From a virus (Duplodnaviria > Caudoviricetes), in the IMG/VR virus record IMGVR_UViG_642973512_000001, positions 32,001 through 96,000 of that record: a stretch of 64,000 nt of DNA; one strand, given 5' to 3'. The notes below the pieces were generated by a model. The model saw only the letters and a program-made list of their open reading frames with translations, was not told the DNA's origin and made no database searches. Numbering within the stretch: the first letter of the stretch is position 1; every line of letters begins with the position of its first letter. The translations under genes were made by a program, and so were the position numbers. Shown in pieces: positions 40,219 through 49,246 of this stretch.

Positions 40219-40422
40219 ATGAAAAAGGTTGAGTACACAGATTCAATACATGATCTAACTGCTTCTCATAACAAGCTGATGGATAGACTTACAAAAGTAG
40301 GCTCTAGGGCTGAGCGCCCTACCAATCCCGACATTGGCATGATGTACTTTGATACCAATCTAGGGATACCTATATGGTGGAACGGCATGGCTTGGATAAA
40401 CGCAACAGGGGCATTAGTATAG
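40219..40422 (+). CDS. Small tail-associated protein
   Basis: G....RPT.P..G.MYFDT.LG.PIWWNG..W motif, common in phage fibre proteins. Confidence 0.75.
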   Translation: MKKVEYTDSIHDLTASHNKLMDRLTKVGSRAERPTNPDIGMMYFDTNLGIPIWWNGMAWINATGALV

Positions 40423-40431
40423 TCATAATCT

Positions 40432-40462
40432 AGCAGGTTAATATAACCTGCTTTTCCTTTTT
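40432..40462 (+). terminator. Rho-independent terminator
   Basis: AGCAGGTTA/TAACCTGCT followed by a T run. Confidence 0.7.
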
Positions 40463-40510
40463 ATTCCTTGTCTGGATTTTTATAATTGACATTATACAAG
40501 GAGGTATACT

Positions 40511-42316
40511 ATGGACCACACACCAGATATACAAAGAGATATCAATAATATTCAAATTGATGTCACTAAGTTTGGGGTAAAAGGTGATGGAGTAACAGAT
40601 GACACTGCCGCTATGAATAGGGCACTAAAATGGATCAAGGACAACGGGTATGACACAGCATACATCCCCTCAGGGACATACATGATAGATGGGGTAAACA
40701 GGAGCACTCAGTATAATGTATGGCGCAATGGTGGAATAGTTGTACCTAGTGACGTCAATATAGTCATGGACTATGATACCATCATCAAAGTTATTCCAAA
40801 TGATTCTTGGGGATACTCAGCATTTTATGTTGGCAGAGCATCCAATGTTACTATTAGTGGGGGTCAAATTATTGGAGATAAAGCCAACCACACCTATAAC
40901 AAAACCCTGAACAAAGAAACAAATGAGTGGGGCTTTGGAATCTGTATAGAAGCCTCCAACAACATAGTCGTGGAAGGCGTCAGGATCAGTGAGTGTATCG
41001 GTGATGGTGTTATAATCTCCCCTATAGGTTTAGCTACAGACCCCAATTATCGCACTAGTACTAATGTAGTTGTTAGAAGATGTATTATTGATGGCTCTCG
41101 CAGAAACAATATTTCTGTTACTGGGTGTGAGTATATCATCCTAGAGGGCAACACCCTAACTAATGCTGGTGTTGAGGGAGTCACCCCGAAATTCGGTATT
41201 GATATTGAGGGTTACGGGGAAGGAGATATTGACTATGAATTCCCACTTAATATCACAGTAAAAGACAACTATGTGGTGGGTAGCAAAAAGGCTTCTATTT
41301 GTAACTTCAATGGTTATGGCGTAATCATTACCAATAACCATGTTGATAGCTACCTCTCTTATGGATTTGGCACAGAAACTGTTATTTCAGATAACGTAGT
41401 CAAGAAGCTGGATAGCTTTGCTTGTGAAATTGATGTGGGCATCACAGGTCTAGGTGTCTCTAATGGTTTTCCAGGCAATAACTCAGTTGTATCAAATAAT
41501 ACAGTAACAGGATTCTCCACAGGAATTGATACACGTGGGGCTGATGTACTAGTAACAGGAAACAAAGTTTATCAATATGACAATGTTGGTATCGCTACTT
41601 GGGCGACAAATAAAGTAGTCATAAGCGGTAACGTAGTTAGTGGCTTTGTTACAACAAGTGACACTACAAAATATGGTCAAGGCATACGATTATTCACGGG
41701 ATCAGATATATCTGTCTTAAGTAACAGAATATCCGAAACTAAGATGGGTGTCTACTCTCAAAGTACCTCAGACGTTGTTATTAAAGACAACTATATCAAG
41801 CGTGTGGGTATTGGTATCCAAGTGGGTGGAACCTCTGCAATTGTAGAAAACAATGTGTTAGTACAGGGAGATATTAGTGATCTTGGATATAAAGCAGAGT
41901 ATGCTATTCAAGCCACTGGTACAACTTTAAAGGCAACTATAAGAGGTAACTATGTCCAAGACTTTACAGGAACTCCAATATACTCCTACAAAGCCACTTG
42001 TAAAGTCTTAGATAATACAATAGAAGGAGCTGTTTCTTATTCAGCCATACAGTTGAATGGGGATAAACATTATGTTGTTGGTAACCGCATTAGTATGAAC
42101 CGCTCCAATACCACTTGCTATGGTATCTATATAGAGTACTCAACAAATTCCTCCATTATAGATAACACTATGTATAGTATATCTGGAAACGCCATGAAAA
42201 ACGCAATCACTACCAACACAACTTCTACAGGCACTAAAATTATTGCTAATAAAATTATAAATGGAACTATAGCTTCACACTCTACAGATACGGTAACGGG
42301 TAACCAATTGATATAA
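40511..42316 (+). CDS. Right-handed beta-helix protein (putative polysaccharide depolymerase)
   Basis: FGVKGDGVTDDT, IP.GTY.I, EWG.GI, GDG, RRN.IS, GIDIE; Asn-rich repeats to the C-terminus. Confidence 0.85.
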   Translation: MDHTPDIQRDINNIQIDVTKFGVKGDGVTDDTAAMNRALKWIKDNGYDTAYIPSGTYMIDGVNRSTQYNVWRNGGIVVPSDVNIVMDYDTIIKVIPNDSWGYSAFYVGRASNVTISGGQIIGDKANHTYNKTLNKETNEWGFGICIEASNNIVVEGVRISECIGDGVIISPIGLATDPNYRTSTNVVVRRCIIDGSRRNNISVTGCEYIILEGNTLTNAGVEGVTPKFGIDIEGYGEGDIDYEFPLNITVKDNYVVGSKKASICNFNGYGVIITNNHVDSYLSYGFGTETVISDNVVKKLDSFACEIDVGITGLGVSNGFPGNNSVVSNNTVTGFSTGIDTRGADVLVTGNKVYQYDNVGIATWATNKVVISGNVVSGFVTTSDTTKYGQGIRLFTGSDISVLSNRISETKMGVYSQSTSDVVIKDNYIKRVGIGIQVGGTSAIVENNVLVQGDISDLGYKAEYAIQATGTTLKATIRGNYVQDFTGTPIYSYKATCKVLDNTIEGAVSYSAIQLNGDKHYVVGNRISMNRSNTTCYGIYIEYSTNSSIIDNTMYSISGNAMKNAITTNTTSTGTKIIANKIINGTIASHSTDTVTGNQLI

Positions 42317-42457
42317 GATATGCTCATGACATCCTAGTGATTACTTATCAAAATTCTCCCCATCTTCTGATTTTAAAGGTGTCACCAATCATTACTCTTT
42401 ACGTACAGGGGTGTTGTTATGGAATATACACATGGAAGGCAGGCAGGAGGTGGGGAC

Positions 42458-42937
42458 ATGAGATATTACTTTGGTCAGTTGTTTAACGATTTCCACACAA
42501 AAATGATACTCAGTTCAATCGGAGCAGTCATATCAGTCATAGAGAATTTTTATGGAGAAATGGTATGGGGTTTCCTCATGCTGTTTGTACTGGATTTCAT
42601 TACTGGAATAATGAAGTCAAAATACAAAGGTGTCCCTATAAGCAGTAAAAGACTTAGAAGCTCTGTTTCTAAGTTAGGAGCTTATATGATTTTGCTGACT
42701 GCTGTTATTGTCACTAGTAAGTACGAAGCGTCTTTTGTCCCTATTATAGCCTTAATCTACTATTGGTATATGTTTACAGAACTAAAGTCAATCTTTGAAA
42801 ATGTGGGTGAAATGGGAATAAAGTTACCTAATTTTCTAAAGGTTAAGGTAGATCAAAAGCTAGATGAGATTGACCAAAAAGTAGACGCCGTAAAGGAGAT
42901 TACAGATACATTAGAAAAAGACAATCATGAGAAATAG
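42458..42937 (+). CDS. Holin (TcdE/holin_4-like)
   Basis: LDFITG..K, ISS..L, E..SI.EN....G..LP motifs; upstream of endolysin. Alternative start at 42419. Confidence 0.85.
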   Translation: MRYYFGQLFNDFHTKMILSSIGAVISVIENFYGEMVWGFLMLFVLDFITGIMKSKYKGVPISSKRLRSSVSKLGAYMILLTAVIVTSKYEASFVPIIALIYYWYMFTELKSIFENVGEMGIKLPNFLKVKVDQKLDEIDQKVDAVKEITDTLEKDNHEK

Positions 42938-42999
42938 TATTATGTGGGCATATCTTATGCCCATTTTTTATTTTATAATATTAAAAGGAGGTATGTGAT

Positions 43000-44031
43000 G
43001 TGGGAGCACCATTTACACTACAGGAACTTATTGACAAGTCCAACAAAAGACTAGGTGTTTCAGGACTGAACAAGGTAGTATATGAGTCCGCCATTGAAGT
43101 CATCAAAAGAGCATACAAAGAAGGTATCTGGGTTCAGTATTCTGCTGGATACCGTTCCTATGCAGAGCAAAACGCCCTGTACGCCCAAGGTCGTACAAAA
43201 CCAGGTAGCATTGTTACAAATGCTAGAGGTGGGTACTCTAACCACAACTTTGGATTAGCAGTTGACTATTTCTTGTATGACGACAATGGTAAAGCACACT
43301 GGAATGTTAACTCTGATTGGAAGCGTGTTGCTCAGATTGCTAAAGATCTAGGCTTTGAATGGGGTGGAGACTGGAAGAGTTTCTATGACGCTCCTCACTT
43401 AGAAATGACTGGAGGTTTATCTACAGCACAACTTCGTGCAGGTAAACGCCCTAAACTAGTTTCTAAAGTCAAAAATCCTGTAAGTAAGCCTAGCACATCT
43501 TCAAGCTCTTCTGGTTCTTCCAAGAAGAACTACTTGTCTAAGGGTGACAACAGCTCTGCTGTTAAAACCATGCAAGAAAAGCTTAATGCGGCTGGCTTCA
43601 GTGTCGGGAAGGCTGATGGTATCTTCGGAGCTAAAACTGAGTCTGCTCTAAAAGCATTCCAGAAATCTGTAGGTATCTCTGCTGATGGTCTTTATGGTCC
43701 AACCTCTAAGGCTAAACTTGAATCCTACAAAAAGCCATCTAGCTCAAAAAAGTCTAAGGGTACTATTGTTCTCCCTAAAGGGGTTGTGTCTAGTGGCTCC
43801 AGTCACTCTGACATCAAGAATGTACAAACAGCTACCTCAGCTCTGTATTTCTACCCAGATAAGGGAGCAAAGAACAATGGTATTGATGGGTACTGGGGTC
43901 CTAAGACACAAGATGCTATTCGTAGGTACCAAAGCACTAAAAGTGGTCTGAAAACTGATGGTATCTATGGTCCTGCTACACGTAAAGCCTTGGAAAAAGA
44001 CTTAAAAGAGGCAGGGTACACTGTAAAGTGA
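43000..44031 (+). CDS. Endolysin: L-Ala-D-Glu peptidase (M15C, CwlK/Ply500-like) plus peptidoglycan-binding domains
   Basis: GYRS.AEQNALYAQGRT, SNHNFGLAVD, WGGDW..F.D.PHLE; DGIFG..T..A...FQ repeats (PG_binding_1). Confidence 0.93.
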   Translation: MGAPFTLQELIDKSNKRLGVSGLNKVVYESAIEVIKRAYKEGIWVQYSAGYRSYAEQNALYAQGRTKPGSIVTNARGGYSNHNFGLAVDYFLYDDNGKAHWNVNSDWKRVAQIAKDLGFEWGGDWKSFYDAPHLEMTGGLSTAQLRAGKRPKLVSKVKNPVSKPSTSSSSSGSSKKNYLSKGDNSSAVKTMQEKLNAAGFSVGKADGIFGAKTESALKAFQKSVGISADGLYGPTSKAKLESYKKPSSSKKSKGTIVLPKGVVSSGSSHSDIKNVQTATSALYFYPDKGAKNNGIDGYWGPKTQDAIRRYQSTKSGLKTDGIYGPATRKALEKDLKEAGYTVK

Positions 44032-44059
44032 CCCTGACCCCCTAAAGGAGGAATAACAC

Positions 44060-44434
44060 ATGGAACAATTTGTAAACGCTCTTGTACAAGCTGGTGTTGA
44101 GATTATTGTGATTATTCTTGGTGCTCTGTTATCCCTTGTGTCTGCTAAAGCGGTCAAGGTACTTAACACAATCAAGAAAAAGGATGAAACTGGAATCGTA
44201 GACGCAGTTACTGATGCTGTGGTTAACCTAGCTGAGAAAGAGCTATCAGGTGCCAAAGGTCTAGAAAAACGTGATTATGCTGTTAAGAAAGCTGTGGAAA
44301 TCCTACACTCTAAAGGACTAAAAAGCATCACTGAAACCGAAATCCTTGCTGGGATTGAAGCGGGTGTTAAAAAGATGCCCAAAAAAATCGGCGCCACACT
44401 TTCAATTGATGGTCTAAGCCAGAATGTAGAATAA
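44060..44434 (+). CDS. Second holin-like protein (LL-H family-like)
   Basis: Single N-terminal TM; AV..AE, G.EK...A and IEA.V motifs. Confidence 0.7.
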   Translation: MEQFVNALVQAGVEIIVIILGALLSLVSAKAVKVLNTIKKKDETGIVDAVTDAVVNLAEKELSGAKGLEKRDYAVKKAVEILHSKGLKSITETEILAGIEAGVKKMPKKIGATLSIDGLSQNVE

Positions 44435-44442
44435 TGATAGGC

Positions 44443-44480
44443 AAAAATCCCTTGGAAATCCATCCAAGGGATTTTTTATT
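44443..44480 (+). terminator. Rho-independent terminator (possibly bidirectional)
   Basis: AAAAATCCCTTGGA/TCCAAGGGATTTTT. Confidence 0.85.
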
Positions 44481-44668
44481 GGATAAGGATAATCGAAAAA
44501 TTCACCTATCATTCCCCTACTGTCATCTTTATACATTGAAATCTTCACTGCCCGTACCCTACTGATTTGACTACACTTCCCAGATGAGAAAAAATTAGGT
44601 CAACGGTGAAAAGTTCGGTAAATTCAATTATTTTTTATATGAAGAAATTAAAATGGAGGTGCCCTGCT

Positions 44669-46261
44669 GTGGCGATTATAGAGCTAGGTAATGTGCATTC
44701 AACCATAAAAGAAGCTTCTAAAGAAGCTATGCACCGCCTTAATGAAGCACTGGCTGTGGAAAAACCGGGGTTCTCGTTTTCTTCAACATACAATAGAGGG
44801 TTTTGGGATGGAAAAGTACGGTTCTTAAACAAGAAGACAGGACAGTTCCCTACGGGACTTTTATCATATGTAGCTAAAACTCTTAAAAAACATGGAGAAG
44901 AATATGAGATAGTAGACAAAAGAACTCCGATTGAATACTCAGTTGGTAAAGAAATCATACTTAGTCATAAAAAACTGGGTCAGATTACCCTCAGAGACTA
45001 CCAGTACGAATGTGTAGAAAAAGGTCTTGCCGCTTCCAGAGGAATTATAAATGTGGCTACCAACGGAGGTAAAACTGAGATTGCTTGTGGCATAATCAAG
45101 TCTATATTACCTCACCTAAAAGAGGGTCAAAAAATAGCCTTCTTTACTCACTCTACTGAAATCTTTAACCAGTCAGCTAAAAGGATATCTGAGAGGTTAC
45201 AGATAAATGTAGGCAAGATTGGGGCAGGTACTTGGGATGAACAACAGGTCACTGTAGTAATGATACCTACTATTCAAAAATACTATAAAAAGCCTAAAAA
45301 ACCAACTGCCACAAAGAAATTAAAAGACCTACAGGCTGAGGCTAAAAGACTAAAAGAATTATCCATAAGGGATAAGTCATATAAAGAAGAATATAAAAGT
45401 GCCCAAGAAGCTGTTAAGCAATACACCAAACAACAAATGGACAAGCTAAATGAGGGTTATAATAAAGGTAAAAGTTTCCTGGATTCCCTAGTTGGCTTTA
45501 TAGCTGATGAAGCTCACCACTCCTCCTCAGATACTTGGTATAATATCTTCATGTCCCTAGAAGACTGTTATTTCAGGTATGGTCTAACTGGGACAGTGGA
45601 TGATTCAGAGGACTCAGATGAGATAAACATATTCAGATTATATGGGTGCACGGGAAAGATTATCAAGAAAGTAACAAACAAGTTTCTAATAGATAATGGC
45701 TATTCAGCTAAGCCTACAGTATATTTCTTACCTGTGAACACTAAATCAGTTGATTATGTAGACTATCAAACCGCTAGGGATCAAGGTATTATCAATAATC
45801 AAGAAAGAAACCAAGTGTTTGTTGATAAGGTACTGGAGAGAGCAAAATCAGGGAAACAGTGTTTAATTATTGTGAACGAAACAACTCATGGTGAGATCAT
45901 CTTAAGCATGCTACAGAACCAAGGAGTAACAGTAGACTTCACCCATGGGGAAATGACTAAAACACACAGGCAATCAGTTCTTGATAGACTGGATGAAGGT
46001 TCTCTAGATGTTCTGGTAGCAACACCTATATTAGATGAAGGTGTGGATGTGTCTGGTATTAACTGTCTGTTTTTAATGGCGGGCGGCAAGAGTATGAGAC
46101 AGATTCTGCAAAGAATTGGGAGGGGTCTACGTAAGAAAGAAGATGGTAGTGGTCTTGAGGTTTATGACGCTCTAGATTATCATAATGAATTTCTGGTGGA
46201 TCACACAGCTAGGAGATATCAGACTTACAAAAACGAGGAATTTGAAGTTAAAAAGCTGTGA
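44669..46261 (+). CDS. Superfamily 2 DNA helicase (UvsW-like)
   Basis: LRDYQ, ATNGGKT, DEAH, GLTGT, LDEGVD, QRIGRGLR. GTG start after GGAGG. Confidence 0.92.
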   Translation: MAIIELGNVHSTIKEASKEAMHRLNEALAVEKPGFSFSSTYNRGFWDGKVRFLNKKTGQFPTGLLSYVAKTLKKHGEEYEIVDKRTPIEYSVGKEIILSHKKLGQITLRDYQYECVEKGLAASRGIINVATNGGKTEIACGIIKSILPHLKEGQKIAFFTHSTEIFNQSAKRISERLQINVGKIGAGTWDEQQVTVVMIPTIQKYYKKPKKPTATKKLKDLQAEAKRLKELSIRDKSYKEEYKSAQEAVKQYTKQQMDKLNEGYNKGKSFLDSLVGFIADEAHHSSSDTWYNIFMSLEDCYFRYGLTGTVDDSEDSDEINIFRLYGCTGKIIKKVTNKFLIDNGYSAKPTVYFLPVNTKSVDYVDYQTARDQGIINNQERNQVFVDKVLERAKSGKQCLIIVNETTHGEIILSMLQNQGVTVDFTHGEMTKTHRQSVLDRLDEGSLDVLVATPILDEGVDVSGINCLFLMAGGKSMRQILQRIGRGLRKKEDGSGLEVYDALDYHNEFLVDHTARRYQTYKNEEFEVKKL

Positions 46262-46269
46262 TGTTGCTA

Positions 46270-46445
<176 letters not shown>

Positions 46446-46478
46446 ACAATATCGTCATACAGTATGGGGGTACTGAAA

Positions 46479-47252
46479 GTGGCAGAGAAGTTTATACGCA
46501 AACCTATTAAAATACCTAGGAAAAGTATAAAGTTGCCTTCTCGACTAAAATATTATATGAAGCTACGACAGATACAGTTAGAAACAAGGACTGAAGACAT
46601 AGTAGAGATAGCAGAGCACTATAATATGTTAGTTCAGGAGACAACTAAGAAGGCAGGGCACACAGCTTTGCCCTATAAAAATCCAGAGAAAGGTAAGCAC
46701 TGGGTACATTTTGAAACTGTTTATGAAATATGCAGATTAAAAGAATGGAACCCTAAGGTATATTTAGAAGCTCAGTTTAAAAGGTCTAAGGGGTGGAAGA
46801 AAATACCATATCCTTATCCAAACAGCTTGTATTCTGACAGTGCCTTAAAGTACTTTATAAGCTACTACGGGGAAATGCGAAGAAAATATGAAAAAGATGC
46901 CAATAAGCAACGTAGGGTAGTTGAAAAGAAGACTATAACCTTACAGGACAGAATTAAAACCAGCATAGAAAAGGACTGTGAGCTACTTAAGCGCAAACTA
47001 AAAGGCAGTGTCGACAGGGAGAAAGATAAGGCACTAATAATATTTCAGGGGTGGATGTCTTTTTCTCCTTTTTATTTGTGGAGCATCCCTTGGTTTCATG
47101 ACATCACAGGAGACTTGAGAGGTAAGCACATGGATAAAATTAAGTTAGAGTTCGGGAGAATCAATAAGTCTCCTATGATGCAGGACGTCATCACTAAACA
47201 CGTACAGCAAATGGAAAAGCAGAATAATATACCAGCTAACATCACCCTTTAG
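46479..47252 (+). CDS. Basic hypothetical replication protein (possible initiator/helicase loader)
   Basis: GTG after GGGGG; YLEAQF...PYPN.LYS; lies between the AT-rich element and the DnaB-like helicase. Function is inference. Confidence 0.65.
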   Translation: MAEKFIRKPIKIPRKSIKLPSRLKYYMKLRQIQLETRTEDIVEIAEHYNMLVQETTKKAGHTALPYKNPEKGKHWVHFETVYEICRLKEWNPKVYLEAQFKRSKGWKKIPYPYPNSLYSDSALKYFISYYGEMRRKYEKDANKQRRVVEKKTITLQDRIKTSIEKDCELLKRKLKGSVDREKDKALIIFQGWMSFSPFYLWSIPWFHDITGDLRGKHMDKIKLEFGRINKSPMMQDVITKHVQQMEKQNNIPANITL

Positions 47253-47257
47253 TATAT

Positions 47258-47317
47258 GGGAGACAATTTTATGCGGACCCGATTGAATTAGTAGTGAGTA
47301 TGATTCAAGGGGGTCCG
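47258..47317 (+). promoter_or_regulatory. Middle-type promoter overlapping an RBS-occluding hairpin
   Basis: GGGAGA-CAATT (47258); stems 47274-280/47311-317 and 47283-288/47303-308 overlap the SD AAGGGGGT. Confidence 0.45.
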
Positions 47318-47324
47318 AATTTTT

Positions 47325-48695
47325 ATGTCCGATACGTATGAGTTTTCAGAGAGTTTCCAGAGAAAGATACTGTCCATTATGGCGAGGGACAGACTGGCTT
47401 ACACCTCTTTCCAAGAGTTACTAAAGCCTAGTTATTTCAAAAGTGAGATTCACATTGATCTGGCTAGGATAATTCATGAGCATTATGATAGGGAGTCTTC
47501 TCGTGCTAAGTCTAAAGGCACGGATGTCAACCCACCTACTATACATGTTCTCTTTGAAGAGGTGCGGAGACTTACAAAGAGCAATAAAAAGAAAGCTCAG
47601 CTTAAGGAGCAGTATGAGGAAGAAATAATTGACTTAATGGATGAAGATTTAACAGACTGTGAGTATGTCAAGGATAGTATTGTTAGATTTGCCAAGGATG
47701 CGGCAATAAAAGAAGCCATATTAGAATCAGTAGAAGACATTGAGAAAGGAGCCAATTCACGGGACGTTGACTACTCAGTAATAGAGGAGAGAATAAAAGA
47801 AGCTGTTCAGGTAGGAGAAGTAATGGAAGATTTGGGTGTCTCCTACTTTGATCGTGCTAAAGAGCGTATGGATGAGTATGCCCAAGGTACTGATGGGGTT
47901 AGACGCATACCAACTGGTATGGAGGGTGTTGATAAAACCCTAGGTGGTGGCTTAGGTGGGGGAGAACTTGGTATTGTTATTGCTCCTCCGGGGCGTGGTA
48001 AATCTATAGCCCTGACCAATATAGGAGCAGGAGCTGTCCTAGAGGGGTATAGTGTTGCCCACTATACCATGGAAATGCCTGAGAGACAGGTAGAAAAACG
48101 ATATGACAATAGACTACTGCAAAAAGATACCCAGTATCTTCTTGACCCAGAGAATGCTAGTAGGGCTTTTAAAGCTCTCCAGATGTTGCAAAAAACAGCA
48201 GGTTCTAATAGGGGTAAAAATGGTGACCTTATTATCAAAAAGTTCCCTGTAAATGGGTGCACCATTAACACTATTAGATCACATTTAACTAAGTTACGTA
48301 TGGAGAGAAACTTTGTACCAGATGTTATCATCATTGACTATGGTGATCTTATTTCTCCAAGACGAACATACTCAGATAAACGTTTTGAGCTAGAGTCTGT
48401 ATACTTAGATATGCGTGATTTAGCCGCAGAGTATGATTGTCCTGTGTGGAGCGCAAGTCAGGCTACAAGGGGTGCTCTAGATAAGAAAGTTATTACAATT
48501 GGTGACCTTGCGGAAGCATTTAATAAAGCCAACATTGCTGATTTTATGATGGCTCTATGCCAAACAGAAGAAGAGAAAGAAGATGGGGAAATGAGACTGC
48601 ATGTAGCCAAACATAGATCAGGTACTTCTAGTATTACTATGTCTGGAGACATAGAGTACTCTACTATGACATTGACTGCATATGCGGAGGATTGA
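47325..48695 (+). CDS. dnaB: DnaB-like replicative helicase
   Basis: IPTG...D..LGGG, APPGRGKS, HYTMEM, IIIDYGDL, WSASQ, L.VAKHR.G. Confidence 0.92.
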   Translation: MSDTYEFSESFQRKILSIMARDRLAYTSFQELLKPSYFKSEIHIDLARIIHEHYDRESSRAKSKGTDVNPPTIHVLFEEVRRLTKSNKKKAQLKEQYEEEIIDLMDEDLTDCEYVKDSIVRFAKDAAIKEAILESVEDIEKGANSRDVDYSVIEERIKEAVQVGEVMEDLGVSYFDRAKERMDEYAQGTDGVRRIPTGMEGVDKTLGGGLGGGELGIVIAPPGRGKSIALTNIGAGAVLEGYSVAHYTMEMPERQVEKRYDNRLLQKDTQYLLDPENASRAFKALQMLQKTAGSNRGKNGDLIIKKFPVNGCTINTIRSHLTKLRMERNFVPDVIIIDYGDLISPRRTYSDKRFELESVYLDMRDLAAEYDCPVWSASQATRGALDKKVITIGDLAEAFNKANIADFMMALCQTEEEKEDGEMRLHVAKHRSGTSSITMSGDIEYSTMTLTAYAED

Positions 48696-49246
48696 TCTAC
48701 ATGATGTGTCCATTTTGTAAGTCAAAAGGTAGGGAGTCTGAAGTTTTTCAGACCCCTATTTTTAATCGTTGTTACAGATGCCTTGCTGATTTACCTACCG
48801 AGAAGCTTTTAAAGAAGGAAGTTTCTTTAAATGGAAAGGGCAAAGTGATGATTTGTTCTATCCATAACCGTAAAAGTGTAGAGGGAGCAGATGTTCATTT
48901 ATTTGCTGTAGGTAAGCCCAAAGGGACGTTCTACTTTGAGTGGTGGGACCATACTCCGGGATTAGCTCCAAGTAGGGAGCTTGTCACATTTACCAAAGAG
49001 TATAATAGAACTAAGGGTAAAAAAGAAGGTTGGTTTGAAAGATATACGGAACGACTGTTAGATGAGTGGTCAAAACGTAAAGATTTTATGAAATCTATGA
49101 AAAAGCTTAGAAGGAACCTTGATGCTGGTAAGAATGTAGCAATAGCTTGCTATTGTCCTAAGTATAAGAGGGATGTGTGCCACCTATCTATACTAAAGGA
49201 ATTACTAGAAGATATGGGTTATTATGTGGAGGAGGTAGAGGATTAA
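48692..49246 (+). CDS. DUF488/YeaO-like protein with N-terminal Zn-ribbon
   Basis: CPFC..CYRC; W.....LAPS.EL, F.RY...L, ACYC......CH..IL. Confidence 0.65.
   Translation: MIYMMCPFCKSKGRESEVFQTPIFNRCYRCLADLPTEKLLKKEVSLNGKGKVMICSIHNRKSVEGADVHLFAVGKPKGTFYFEWWDHTPGLAPSRELVTFTKEYNRTKGKKEGWFERYTERLLDEWSKRKDFMKSMKKLRRNLDAGKNVAIACYCPKYKRDVCHLSILKELLEDMGYYVEEVED

Noticed and set aside
44420-44585. C-rich intergenic stretch with a ~44-codon minus-strand ORF (similar strand bias at 850-960)
   Set aside because: Weak SD, runs through a terminator, no recognisable motif.
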